Part shown: in pieces, positions 19,903 to 30,245 of the stretch
Layout of the letters: each line of letters opens with the position of its first letter
How positions within the stretch are numbered: the first letter of the stretch is position 1
Assembly: GCA_963702205.1 (NCBI GenBank)
Contig: OY969724.1
Coordinates: forward strand, 3,232,001-3,296,000
DNA length: 64,000 bases
Direction of reading: 5' to 3'
From: an uncultured candidate division Zixibacteria bacterium
GTDB taxonomy: Bacteria; Zixibacteria; MSB-5A5; GN15; PGXB01
Made by a program: the position numbers and the translations under genes
The notes under the pieces: model-generated
What the model was told of the DNA's origin: nothing
What the model saw: the letters and a program-made list of their open reading frames with translations, nothing else
Database searches by the model: none

Positions 19903-22900
19903 CTATCTTTGAATTATGATCTTCCCGTGAATGTCGCTGTCTTCCACGTACCAAAGATAGACACCGGAAGCCACCAGATTGCCGGAGGAATTACTACCAT
20001 CCCAGGAAATATCGCCGTTTACATCATTCCAGGACTTCACGAGTTCGCCGTTTAATGTCATGATATGCAGCGACTTGCCTTGAGGAATACCGGCGAAGGT
20101 AGTATTTGATTGTTGTGATAAGTTAAGGGGATTGGGGTAGGCATGGGCGGACGGCTGAGTTTCGAAATTAAAGACCGCTCCAAACGCTCCACTATTCGCT
20201 CTGGCCCTCCAGTAGTATTTCAGGCTGCCGTTGAGCGGTTCGGGAACCTGCCACTCGGTCAAGTCACCCGGCTGCTGCTGAATATTTTGTCCGGAAGCCA
20301 CAATTGATACAAAATATGAATCAACCGCCACTTCGAAATGATAGACGTTATAAGGCTCGCTGTCTATGTTCACGACTTCTAATGTCGGGCGGGTTGAATT
20401 TACGCTCGAGTTATCGGGAGGTGACAACATTAAATCGTCCATCAATGGAGGATCATCATCTCCACCGGTGCTTAAATCGAAATAGGCTTCGGCCGAAGCC
20501 AAATTGGAAATTCCGGAATAATTAAAGGCTTCATCGCGAGACTGAATCACGAAATAATACATCTCACCCGGAACGAGATCGCTTACAACCATCTGCTGAT
20601 CGGAACCTGCGACAAGTGGCTCGACAGGATTTTGTGTTATGGACGCGAGTGCGAAATTATCTACCGTAATGGGAAGCAGAGAATAGCGAATGCTGTAATC
20701 AGCGGCTGTTCCTTGATCACCGTCATCTCCCGGTGCTGTCCAGCTCAAAGTCACTTCACCATCATTTGCGCCTGTCTCGGCATTCAAATCCAAAATAGTT
20801 TCTGGGGGAATATCATCAGTCTGTCCTTGTCCGCTGGCGGCCTCCGCAGATGCGACATTGGAAATTGCCGAGAAATTATCAGAGTCATCCCATGACTTTA
20901 TTGCGAAAAAATATGTCTCACCGGCATTCAAGTCACTTACGACAAAATTATGCTGGGAACCTGAAGGCATCGGCGATGGGGGATTGGAAACCTGTGATGA
21001 AGACGAAAAATTCCCGGCTGTGATTGATTGAATCGAATACCGAATATCATATCCGGCCGCCGTCCCGATATTACCGTCGTCGCCGGGAGCTGTCCAGCTG
21101 AGAACCACGTCGCCCTCGTTACCGCCTGTTGCGGCACTCAAATCATCGATGTCTCCTGGAGGAGTATCATCAGTGGTCTGATCCAGGAAGGCCCCGGCAG
21201 AAGTCAGGTTAGACATTCCCGAATAATTATTGGCGTCGTCATGAGCCTTCATCGCGAAATAATACGTCTGCCCCGGTGTCAGTCCGCCGACCGTATACTC
21301 CTGCGAAGCGCCGGCTTGAATCGGTGCCGGGGGCGAAGATATTTGAGAAGCAGAATTGAAATTAAGCGATGTTATCGGCTGTGATGAATATCGGATATCA
21401 TATGCGGCGGCGTAACCGCTGAAGCCATCGTCTCCGGGAGCCGTCCAGCTCAAGTTGACTTCTCCATCGGCAGCGCCCGTTTCCGCATTCAGATCATTAA
21501 TGTCACCGGGAGGGGTATTATCCTCCTGTGGAGACCCCGTCACGTCCGCGCCCATACCGCTCGGATACGCCCCGCCCCGGCCGTTGGTCAAAGCCGGGGA
21601 TCCCGATTGCAGCCTGTAATCACGATTGGCGGCATCCATAAATAAGGGATCGGATTCCATGGATTGCATGCCGTGCCCGGATATCACACCATTCGGGTTG
21701 GACGTTCGCCATTGGGAGATGTTATATTCCGATCCATGCGGATAGACATAATAGGTATTATCTGACCGACCGTAATACAGGTTATAATCCTCGTAAAGGC
21801 GCTTGGGGTTTTCTCTCTGGTTGTCGATGCCTATGGCCGCCTTGTATTCACCGGCTCCGGAATTCAAAGGAGGATTATAAAATATATTATTGAATATGGA
21901 AATACTGTCCATATCGCCGTCCTGAGACCTGATTCCGGCAAAGCCACCCGTGCAATCGAAGGTATTATTATATATCCAGGCATTGACCAAAGCGTGGGCC
22001 GTATCGGAGTTCGACGGAAATGCGATGCCCATGAGTCCGCCGGCCTCGCTGAATGCTCCCTGATTACAGATACCATTATTGTACAGGATATTATTATAGA
22101 CATGAACGTCGGACCATTTGCCGCCGTTGCCCAGATACATGTTAAGTTCATAGCAATCGTATATGACGTTATTCGAGATGACCACCGGATGCCCCGAACC
22201 CGTCGAATGCGGATTGCCGCCCTTCAAATATATACCCATGGCGCTGTTGTGGAGCCGGTTGTTCTCAAGATAAATGCAGAAGCCGGGATAAAACTCGATG
22301 CACCCGAACTGACCTGTCCCGCCGTAATTACCATACTTGCCGACATAGCCGATGTCACAGTTGATAACCCACAAGGAATCGGTCCAGTCGGACCGGTTGC
22401 TGCCGCCCTCGAGGACGTTGCCGATGCCGGCCCCGTTGTCATAGCTGCAGCTGATCGAATCTATCTTGCAGTTCTTGATCGTGATGCCGCTCGAATTACC
22501 CAGCATGATCCCGAACCAGCCGTAATGAAAATACAGCGAGTCAAACGTGATATACGAACGGTCATCCAGCCAGGCTCCCACCCGGCCGCCGTTGCTCCCG
22601 CTGGCGGGAATACCTTTGATGATCGGCATCTCTCCCGGATAACCCTTGAAAACGATCTGGCCGTCTCCCAGATAAGACGACCCGCTCCGGGCCGGTCTCA
22701 ATCCGGCGTTGACACTCCAGCTTTCCGAGACACTTTCAACCTCATCCGGAGAATTCTCATCATAGACCCCCGCACGAATATAAACCGTATCGCCCGCAAC
22801 CAGCGTCGCGCAGGCCTTCTGAACGTGCTGCCAGGCCTGGCCCTCGCTCAGACCGTTGTTGTTGTCGTTACCCGACGGCTTGACGTAATAGGTCGCACCC

Positions 22901-22989
22901 ATAGCGCAGGTAGCTAATGCGCTAATGAGTGAAATAAGAGCTATATTTTTTACAGTATTCGTGCCATTGAGCTTGATCATACTCCTCAC
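19903..22989 (-). CDS. Secreted beta-helix protein with three FN3-like repeats and a FlgD/T9SS-like C-terminal domain
   Basis: Same beta-helix as 6446-8113; 3x DxxPPxxIxDL..LSWTAPGDDG; tail AYPNP...WDGSNSSGNLVASGVYLW. Confidence 0.88.
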   Translation of the reverse strand: MRSMIKLNGTNTVKNIALISLISALATCAMGATYYVKPSGNDNNNGLSEGQAWQHVQKACATLVAGDTVYIRAGVYDENSPDEVESVSESWSVNAGLRPARSGSSYLGDGQIVFKGYPGEMPIIKGIPASGSNGGRVGAWLDDRSYITFDSLYFHYGWFGIMLGNSSGITIKNCKIDSISCSYDNGAGIGNVLEGGSNRSDWTDSLWVINCDIGYVGKYGNYGGTGQFGCIEFYPGFCIYLENNRLHNSAMGIYLKGGNPHSTGSGHPVVISNNVIYDCYELNMYLGNGGKWSDVHVYNNILYNNGICNQGAFSEAGGLMGIAFPSNSDTAHALVNAWIYNNTFDCTGGFAGIRSQDGDMDSISIFNNIFYNPPLNSGAGEYKAAIGIDNQRENPKRLYEDYNLYYGRSDNTYYVYPHGSEYNISQWRTSNPNGVISGHGMQSMESDPLFMDAANRDYRLQSGSPALTNGRGGAYPSGMGADVTGSPQEDNTPPGDINDLNAETGAADGEVNLSWTAPGDDGFSGYAAAYDIRYSSQPITSLNFNSASQISSPPAPIQAGASQEYTVGGLTPGQTYYFAMKAHDDANNYSGMSNLTSAGAFLDQTTDDTPPGDIDDLSAATGGNEGDVVLSWTAPGDDGNIGTAAGYDIRYSIQSITAGNFSSSSQVSNPPSPMPSGSQHNFVVSDLNAGETYFFAIKSWDDSDNFSAISNVASAEAASGQGQTDDIPPETILDLNAETGANDGEVTLSWTAPGDDGDQGTAADYSIRYSLLPITVDNFALASITQNPVEPLVAGSDQQMVVSDLVPGEMYYFVIQSRDEAFNYSGISNLASAEAYFDLSTGGDDDPPLMDDLMLSPPDNSSVNSTRPTLEVVNIDSEPYNVYHFEVAVDSYFVSIVASGQNIQQQPGDLTEWQVPEPLNGSLKYYWRARANSGAFGAVFNFETQPSAHAYPNPLNLSQQSNTTFAGIPQGKSLHIMTLNGELVKSWNDVNGDISWDGSNSSGNLVASGVYLWYVEDSDIHGKIIIQR
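20485..21522 (-). repeat. Three tandem FN3-like domain repeats (about 110-120 aa each)
   Basis: Recurrent SWTAPGDDG...Y.IRYS...YFA/V...D...N.S..SN in the translation; boundaries approximate. Confidence 0.85.
21904..22904. repeat. ~1 kb near-identical direct repeat, copy B
   Basis: Matches 7010-8010. Confidence 0.95.
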
Positions 22990-23321
22990 TCCTGTAGCAT
23001 CACTTTATCTTCGTTTGGATATATCATATACAAATTAAACGTACCTGTTAAGGAAATATTCGGCACTTCCCTGACTTTATTCACCGAATAAATCCATGAT
23101 AAATTACGGCATATCAAACTTCATTTTCTAATTAATAGTGTAAGCTATAACCATGCCGTTCTTAATTTTAAAAGATAATTTATATGACGTTACCCCACAG
23201 TAACTTACGCAGATAAAAAATACCCGGCTTTTATTATTTTTATAAAAGGCTATATTAATTTTGAGCAAAGTACAATTTCCGAACAGCTCGAGCCTTTTTA
23301 CGATTGGCAATCGTAGATTAA

Positions 23322-24455
23322 TTACCTTGACTTGCTAATTGTCTGGAGATATAAATCCTGACATTTACCGACCATCGTGGCTTTCGAGAAGATTTGAACC
23401 GCCCTTTCTCTGCCGGACCTACCGTGCTTACAAATAAGTTCTTTATCCTGCAGATATTTGATCATATGTTCCGCCAGCGAAGTCGGTGAAGACAAATCAA
23501 CGAGAAAACCGCTGACTTTATCGGAGACAATTTCCAGCGGTCCTCCTGCTTTACATGCAATTACGGGCTTACCGCAGCTCATAGCTTCAATGTATACGTA
23601 TCCAAATGTTTCGTACCGGCTCACCAGCACAAAACAATCTATTGCGGAATAGAAGGCTGTCATATCTTGTACGGTGCCTAATAACATTATGTGGTCTTTG
23701 TCAGGACTTTCGGATATGCGTTTTTCCACACTCCGGTAGTAATTGTCGCCGTGGTGTGGCCCCGCAAACAACAGATATATGTTTGAATCCCGTTGACGGA
23801 TAGTCTCAAATGCCGAAACAACTGTAAGATGTTCCTTCCATTCGACAAATTGCGCGGCACAACCGAACACGATGGCCGAATCCGGGATACCAAGCCGTCG
23901 TCGTAATTCATCTCGCTTTTCTTTAGATTCCATAAACTGGGCCGTATCGATGCCCAGATAGATTCGGGCGATCTTCTTTTCAAATCCTTTCGACGTCAGC
24001 AGATCATCGGTTGCCTTTGATATACTGATGATCCTGTCTGCCAAAATCGATTTCAGTCTCCAGTTAAGGCTATGATTATTCCACTCAAGATTAGACTTTG
24101 TGTATATGTACCTGGCCCTTGAACTCACTTTGAATATCAAAGCCTCGGTAAATACCGATTGGTATAAAAAGGAATGAACTAAATCATACTTTTTTCCTGC
24201 GAGTTTTATCGGACTGAAGGCAGTTTGTGTCAGGCGACGCAAGTTATATGGCGTTGTTGGAACGGTCCTAAGTTGAAAATACGGTACATCAAGTGCCTTA
24301 ATCTCGTCAAGGGCCTCATTATCAATGTCTAGTCCCGCTATCTCAAACTTAAAAATGTCTTTATCCAATCCTCGGACAAGGTCACAGATATTGCGCAATT
24401 TGGACCCGTACATGAATTCGCTCATGGTCAGTAGTATTTTATATGATTCTTTCAT
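23322..24455 (-). CDS. Glycosyltransferase family 4
   Basis: SRYETFGYVYIEAMSCGKPVIA. Confidence 0.92.
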   Translation of the reverse strand: MKESYKILLTMSEFMYGSKLRNICDLVRGLDKDIFKFEIAGLDIDNEALDEIKALDVPYFQLRTVPTTPYNLRRLTQTAFSPIKLAGKKYDLVHSFLYQSVFTEALIFKVSSRARYIYTKSNLEWNNHSLNWRLKSILADRIISISKATDDLLTSKGFEKKIARIYLGIDTAQFMESKEKRDELRRRLGIPDSAIVFGCAAQFVEWKEHLTVVSAFETIRQRDSNIYLLFAGPHHGDNYYRSVEKRISESPDKDHIMLLGTVQDMTAFYSAIDCFVLVSRYETFGYVYIEAMSCGKPVIACKAGGPLEIVSDKVSGFLVDLSSPTSLAEHMIKYLQDKELICKHGRSGRERAVQIFSKATMVGKCQDLYLQTISKSR

Positions 24456-24471
24456 TCGCCAGGAAAGTCGT

Positions 24472-25905
24472 TTAAAAATTTAAGGGTACCCGAGAAACAA
24501 CCCACTTATATTTTCCCGCAGCCGTGCGTGGAATGGTATCAACGAATTCCACTTCGACATTAATATCAGCGCCCAGACGTTTTTTGAATTCTTCTTTTAA
24601 ATAATCGGTATCAGAGCTTTTATAGGAATCGCGCTTTACAATCAATATCCTGATTTGATACAGGCTGTCCTGTATAATCTGTGATTCCGCAACAGAATGC
24701 ATCGGTTTGAATGGGTGCGTCAAAATCGAGGAGGATATGAAGCGGCCGTCGGGAGTCGTCACTATGTCTTCATCTTTGGTCATGACATTACTCATCAGAG
24801 GGAAACCTCGTCCGCATTTACATTGTTCGGGGGATGACGAGGATATATCACTTGTTTGGTATCTTATTAACGGCATAGCGTAATTATGAAGCCCGGTTGC
24901 TACGATTCTACCCAGTGAACCTGCTTTTACCGGGCGGCCGTCTGGCCCCAAAAGCTCCATTATACCGAAATCGGAATTTTGATGTTTTCCAGCATGAACC
25001 TCGCATTCGGTCGCGAACGCTACCCTCTCCGCCATCCCGTAATAATCAAAGACAGAAGCGTTAAATACTTTCTCCATTAATTCTCTCTGGTAAGGTTGTA
25101 GCGGCTCCGAAGATGTAAACACCGCTTGCAGTGGCAGTGTCCGGTTGATGCTTTCGAGGAACGCAGCAAGAATATAAATAGTTGAAGGGTACCCCTCAAG
25201 GGCTTTTGGCTTGAACGCCAAAAGCTTGTTAATATAGGCCCCAATATTGGCCTTGGATAAGTGAAAACTCGAAAAATACAGATGTTTGAGGACCCAGTTG
25301 TATCGCCAAAAGGGAGGACTTTTTCTTTTGATTGGCACGACCATCCGGCCCAGAAAAAACGCTATCGGATCGCCAAGCTTGATACCCGCGACACCCTTTT
25401 GGCGCCATTCCGCAGCGTTCTTGGCACGACAGACATTGGCATCATAATAAAATTCCAGTGGCGATCCGGTCGTCCCGCTGGTATGGCCAATAATAAGCGA
25501 AGAATGATTGAAATTCATGGCAGTCAGAGCGTCAAAATTATTCCGGACGTCATCTCTGGTCAGAACAGGCAATTTTGATATATCGCCGACTGTCCGAATA
25601 TCTTCCGGCTTAAGCCCCCGGTCATCCATGATATTGCGATAGTATCGGACATTTTCATAACAATGGTCGATTAATTTGGCCAATTTCTGATTCTGGAAAT
25701 TTTCCAAGTCTCCGGGAGAGAACCATTGGCGTTTTTCATAAACGTCCAGGAGCTCTCTTAATTTTGATCCATATTCTCGCCGGTAAAGTTTTAAACCGTA
25801 AAACGACACACCGATGTTCTGAACAAAATACGGACTGTGCTGGTACAGTTTGTCGAAAAACCCTGACATATTATTCATTACTCTTTCGTAATTTTCCGGA
25901 AACAC
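24472..25905 (-). CDS. Phenylacetate-CoA ligase family adenylate-forming enzyme (CapK-like)
   Basis: TSGTTGSP, YGMAE, MPLIRYQTSD, IPRTAAGKY. Confidence 0.88.
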   Translation of the reverse strand: MFPENYERVMNNMSGFFDKLYQHSPYFVQNIGVSFYGLKLYRREYGSKLRELLDVYEKRQWFSPGDLENFQNQKLAKLIDHCYENVRYYRNIMDDRGLKPEDIRTVGDISKLPVLTRDDVRNNFDALTAMNFNHSSLIIGHTSGTTGSPLEFYYDANVCRAKNAAEWRQKGVAGIKLGDPIAFFLGRMVVPIKRKSPPFWRYNWVLKHLYFSSFHLSKANIGAYINKLLAFKPKALEGYPSTIYILAAFLESINRTLPLQAVFTSSEPLQPYQRELMEKVFNASVFDYYGMAERVAFATECEVHAGKHQNSDFGIMELLGPDGRPVKAGSLGRIVATGLHNYAMPLIRYQTSDISSSSPEQCKCGRGFPLMSNVMTKDEDIVTTPDGRFISSSILTHPFKPMHSVAESQIIQDSLYQIRILIVKRDSYKSSDTDYLKEEFKKRLGADINVEVEFVDTIPRTAAGKYKWVVSRVPLNF

Positions 25906-26842
25906 GCATTATCAAATATCCAAAGACAATCACGGATCTAATACAATAAAACAGGAAGTAAAGAAATAATTGAGGAAAAAACTGGCGGGCACTGCCATAA
26001 CGATAAATCCTGTACAGTGCGGTAACCACGGGAACGAAAACAATTGATCCGACCAAATACCACGGACTAATTTTCCCGGCCGCTACCGGAAGCACCAAGG
26101 CAGCTGCATTCAACATGAATAATATAAAGGCAAATGTCATCAGAAGCGGTTTATCAACATATTTCCAGCCTATCTTTTGCGTAATACCAGTGCCATGCCA
26201 GTATTCCTTCCGCAAAAATTGTCCTAATGTTTTTGCATTACCCAGGTGAACAGATCGAACTTGCGGTGCCTGGATGACTTTGAATCCCTTTTCCCTAAGC
26301 CTTCTGCCGATATCGGTATCTTCGTCACTGGATAATTTTTCATCAAAGCCTCCGATCTCTTCAAAAGCGTACTTTTTTACTATTAAATTACCACTCACAA
26401 TATACTCCGCCTCAGTCGGATTCTTCATTCTTGGATACAACCAGGCGCGCTCGATCCAGGTAGATTGCTCGGGTAGATCATAATGTGAGCCCGTGGCCGC
26501 GACGGATGTATCGCTGTTTAAGATGCCTATCGCGGCATCGCGCCAGCCGGGACATATACGGCAATCACAATCTATGAAAGCCAATAGATCTCCGGATGCG
26601 AGTTTGGCGCCTTTGTTGCGCGATGCGGAAACTGTCGTGCCCTGGCTTTCGATCAGTTTAATACCGCCGAAACCGGTGGCTATCGCGACTGTACTGTCCG
26701 ACGATCCATTATCTACAACCAATATCTCGTCGGTGCTTTTCATCTCACTTTTGATATGTTGCAAACAGCCTAATAAGAATCTTTCGCCATTTAAGACGGG
26801 AATAATAAAGCTTATTCTGCAACTATTAGGGCATAAATGCAT
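25871..26842 (-). CDS. Glycosyltransferase family 2
   Basis: ISFIIPVLN, VDNGSSD, FIDCD, GGFDE...ED; C-terminal TMs. Confidence 0.92.
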   Translation of the reverse strand: MHLCPNSCRISFIIPVLNGERFLLGCLQHIKSEMKSTDEILVVDNGSSDSTVAIATGFGGIKLIESQGTTVSASRNKGAKLASGDLLAFIDCDCRICPGWRDAAIGILNSDTSVAATGSHYDLPEQSTWIERAWLYPRMKNPTEAEYIVSGNLIVKKYAFEEIGGFDEKLSSDEDTDIGRRLREKGFKVIQAPQVRSVHLGNAKTLGQFLRKEYWHGTGITQKIGWKYVDKPLLMTFAFILFMLNAAALVLPVAAGKISPWYLVGSIVFVPVVTALYRIYRYGSARQFFPQLFLYFLFYCIRSVIVFGYLIMRVSGKLRKSNE

Positions 26843-26858
26843 TTTAGCTTTGTTCCAT

Positions 26859-27893
26859 TTAAGCTGTGATGAACCTTCTTATTTTTGGGCCAATGACTCT
26901 TGAACAAGAAATCGGTATTTTTTTCCAAAGGGCGATCAGAAGTTTATATTTAAGTTTTTCCTGATCCGACTCGGTGAGATCCTTAACCCCCAGGTTAATT
27001 TTCTGCCAAAATAATTGCCTTTCCTCCGCACCCCAGCGCTTCTTAAACGTATATGTTCCCGACCCTATCGTTGATCGGCCAAAATCAAAAAAACGAAATC
27101 CCCTGCTTATGGCATAAAGCATGGCCTCCCAATATAGAATGTTATTAGGGTACAAGTGAAAGGTCTTGCGGAGGCTTGATACCCAGGGAAGGGCCAATTT
27201 TTCCTTATAGAACAGGCTGATCGCTCCACCGATATACTCATCATTATATTTGACAAGCATAATATTGGAAGAATCAGAAAATATTTCCAAAATGTTTTTG
27301 AAGAAGTCATAACTATGTGCCGGCGAACCCAAATCCCGCATGTTCTCTGACCAAATTTTAAAGAATATAGGAAGCATTTCTGGCCCGACTAATTCGACAC
27401 TCAGGCCGGAATTTCGCGCCTTTTTCACTCGATTGCGTCGTTCCGAAGAGAGTGATTTAAAAAGGGCTTCCTCATTGTCGGGCAGTTCAATAACGAGCGT
27501 GACTTTGAGGGTACTGTTTACAAAATCGCCCTCTGATTGCTTTAGCTGCCTTAGTTCAACAAATTCCAGACCATTGGATTGCGCAAAGTCCATACTGCTT
27601 TTGATTATCGCTTCACTCGTTTCATTATTATTTGAAATCAATCCGGCATAGTCAACAAAAGGCAGGGAGGTCAGAGAATTTCCAAAAATACGGCTCTTAA
27701 TCATAACCAAAGGCAAAAGCCCATGTATTTTGCCATAATTATCTATGGCAGAGATATAGTTGCCCACATGCCCGTACGTTCGCTTTATTACTTCTCTCCA
27801 CCCAATGAGGTGATAGTGCCAACCATCTGGATGTTGTAGTACGAAATCATCCCACTGCTTTGTCATTTTATCGGAATACTGTACTATTTCCAT
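26859..27893 (-). CDS. FemAB-related protein (XrtA/PEP-CTERM EPS-associated type)
   Basis: SLPFVDYAG, VELRQ, MRDLGSP, PNNILYW, FDFGRS...GTYTFKKRWGA. Confidence 0.88.
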   Translation of the reverse strand: MEIVQYSDKMTKQWDDFVLQHPDGWHYHLIGWREVIKRTYGHVGNYISAIDNYGKIHGLLPLVMIKSRIFGNSLTSLPFVDYAGLISNNNETSEAIIKSSMDFAQSNGLEFVELRQLKQSEGDFVNSTLKVTLVIELPDNEEALFKSLSSERRNRVKKARNSGLSVELVGPEMLPIFFKIWSENMRDLGSPAHSYDFFKNILEIFSDSSNIMLVKYNDEYIGGAISLFYKEKLALPWVSSLRKTFHLYPNNILYWEAMLYAISRGFRFFDFGRSTIGSGTYTFKKRWGAEERQLFWQKINLGVKDLTESDQEKLKYKLLIALWKKIPISCSRVIGPKIRRFITA

Positions 27894-27911
27894 GGGAATT
27901 ATAAATACCCT

Positions 27912-29072
27912 TTATAATGATTCATTGGGTTTACAACTGGGAAAGCATAGTCCTTCATAAAGGCTTACTACTTTCGCAGCCATCGCTTCTTTTGTAAAGT
28001 CTTTAATAACATGGTCCCTGCCATTGTTCCCCAATTGCTTTCTAAATTCAGGATCAATTATCAATGAATCGCAGGCGGCCGCCAGTTCGTCTTCATTCCG
28101 TGGAGTTATTAAAAGACCGGTTTTATTATGTGTAACGACCTCGGGGGTACCGCCAACGGCCGTTACGACAACAGGAATCCCAAGTGCCAGGGCCTCAAGC
28201 AAAGAGATTGAAATTCCTTCATGCAAAGAAGATAAAACAAATATATCAAAAAGGCGCATTATGGCCGACACATTTTCCGTAAATCCGTAAAATAATATAT
28301 TTTCTGAGATATTTAATTCATTTGCCAGAGTTTCGAGCGAATGGCGCTCCGGGCCATCGCCAATAATCATAAGAAGTAGGTTATCGTGGCGATGACAAAG
28401 AGTTTTGAAGGCCTTTATCAAATATTCGTATCCTTTTACCGGGGTTAGTCGACCGACTGTTCCAATGACTATTTGGTCGTCGTCTATCCCAAGTTCTGAC
28501 CGGGCTTTTATTTCTCCGGTACCAGTTGCTTCTTCGATGTCAATGCCATTATGTATAGTCATCAATTTTGCTATCTGGTATCGCGTCGAAAGTTTATTTT
28601 TAATATCCTCAGACACCGCTATCACTTTGTCGATTCTCCGTCGACCAATATAATATTCGCACATCTTATAAAATGATGCTTTGATCCTCTGGAATCCCGT
28701 GAATGGCTCTGCCAAACCATGAATTGTACAAACCTGGAGTTTTATATCAGTGTTATACCTGGCCAGCGCCCCGAGTATATTTTCTTTATAGCGATGCGAA
28801 TGCAGAATATCGCAACCTAAATTTTTTAGCAGGTTATGAGTCTTATATGTGAGCATGAATGAATTGTAAATATTTTCATCAATAATCCAAACAGGTATGC
28901 CAATCTTTTTTAGGCGCTCGGCTAAGACACCATCATTAAACAAGATAACGGATACCTCAATATTCTGGTACTGCGTCAGACCGGAAATCAACGTTGCCAG
29001 CTGGACTTCAGCGCCCGCCCAGAGATCCCCTGAAGCCAGGTGACACACTCTTATCTTTTCGACGGTTCCCAA
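27912..29072 (-). CDS. Glycosyltransferase family 4
   Basis: GDLWAGAE, HNGID, VGRLTPVKG, SLHEGISISLLEA. Confidence 0.93.
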   Translation of the reverse strand: MGTVEKIRVCHLASGDLWAGAEVQLATLISGLTQYQNIEVSVILFNDGVLAERLKKIGIPVWIIDENIYNSFMLTYKTHNLLKNLGCDILHSHRYKENILGALARYNTDIKLQVCTIHGLAEPFTGFQRIKASFYKMCEYYIGRRRIDKVIAVSEDIKNKLSTRYQIAKLMTIHNGIDIEEATGTGEIKARSELGIDDDQIVIGTVGRLTPVKGYEYLIKAFKTLCHRHDNLLLMIIGDGPERHSLETLANELNISENILFYGFTENVSAIMRLFDIFVLSSLHEGISISLLEALALGIPVVVTAVGGTPEVVTHNKTGLLITPRNEDELAAACDSLIIDPEFRKQLGNNGRDHVIKDFTKEAMAAKVVSLYEGLCFPSCKPNESL

Positions 29073-30220
29073 ATTATGAATTTCCTTCCCAATACGAAAT
29101 TATACCATGCAACCAGTATCGATAAATTCGCAATACTGAAAAAACAAATCACCCTGAATGGCGCAAAAGCCTGAATTTTCTCGAACCTGTGTGAGAGCAG
29201 GGCGATTAAATAAAATAAAAGCTGCAGTATCATTGCCGACTGATAGAAGACGTCTTTTGGAACAAGGAATATATTACTCACTAATATTAAAATTAAAAAA
29301 AACGGGACCAGCCAACGCATCAACTTGTGACCGATCACCTCGAAAGAGTAAAAGCCATAGCGGAAAGGATTAAGAATGCCCTTGAATTCGAACAGCACCT
29401 CAATACCGTGAATTATTGTCCTGACCTTCCTGATAAATTCCTGTTGATGGGATGACACGAGCTGATAATAACCTATTACTTTGTCGTCAAGTATTGCCCT
29501 AAATCCCAGCATCACCGACCTGATGGCAATATAATAGTCATTTGACAAATAAGGGATCCAGTTGTCACATAATTCCTTTCTTGCCGCATAAAGCGACCCG
29601 CTCATGCCTGTCGAAGAGCATACTTTGCTCTCCATTTTTCTAAGCCACATATCGTAACGAATGTAAGCGCCTTCCGAATTAATGGCCTTACCTTCCAGCT
29701 CTATAATCTTGTCTGTGCTCGAAACGCAACCAACCTGCGGGTCCGCGAAATTTCTTACAAGAAGTTCGATCGTATCCGGAGACAGTAATATCCCCACATC
29801 GGTAAATATTACAATTTCACCGGTGGCTTCTTTAAGTGCTCGTTCCTGGGCATAATGCTTGCCTGACCTCTTTTCAAGGCGAAAGTTCCTTATCCCGCGG
29901 TCAGCGTACGATTCGGCAATTTCATCAGATGAATCCTGTGAACAATCTGAGACGGCTATTATATCCATGAGTTCCTTTTGGTAATTGAGCTGTAACGTAT
30001 TGTCTAATTTCTTTGAAAGCTGGCCTTCGGCATTGTAGAACGGTATAATTATTGTCACTTTTGGTAGAATGATATTACGTTTGACTTCATAAGTATTGAA
30101 TAGTGAATAGAGACTTAGTAATATCGGGTAGCCGAAATATGTAAGAATAACCAATGAAATGCATATCCAAAATAGCCAGATCATGACAGGATTGCCTTGC
30201 TCTGTAAACATGACGTGCAT
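29051..30220 (-). CDS. Glycosyltransferase family 2 (CESA-like, membrane)
   Basis: YFGYP N-terminal TM, VSDCSQD, GKHYA, GSLYAAR, HKLMRWLVPFF. Confidence 0.9.
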   Translation of the reverse strand: MHVMFTEQGNPVMIWLFWICISLVILTYFGYPILLSLYSLFNTYEVKRNIILPKVTIIIPFYNAEGQLSKKLDNTLQLNYQKELMDIIAVSDCSQDSSDEIAESYADRGIRNFRLEKRSGKHYAQERALKEATGEIVIFTDVGILLSPDTIELLVRNFADPQVGCVSSTDKIIELEGKAINSEGAYIRYDMWLRKMESKVCSSTGMSGSLYAARKELCDNWIPYLSNDYYIAIRSVMLGFRAILDDKVIGYYQLVSSHQQEFIRKVRTIIHGIEVLFEFKGILNPFRYGFYSFEVIGHKLMRWLVPFFLILILVSNIFLVPKDVFYQSAMILQLLFYLIALLSHRFEKIQAFAPFRVICFFSIANLSILVAWYNFVLGRKFIIWEPSKR

Positions 30221-30245
30221 TTAACGCCTTGGAGATGTGTCGCCA

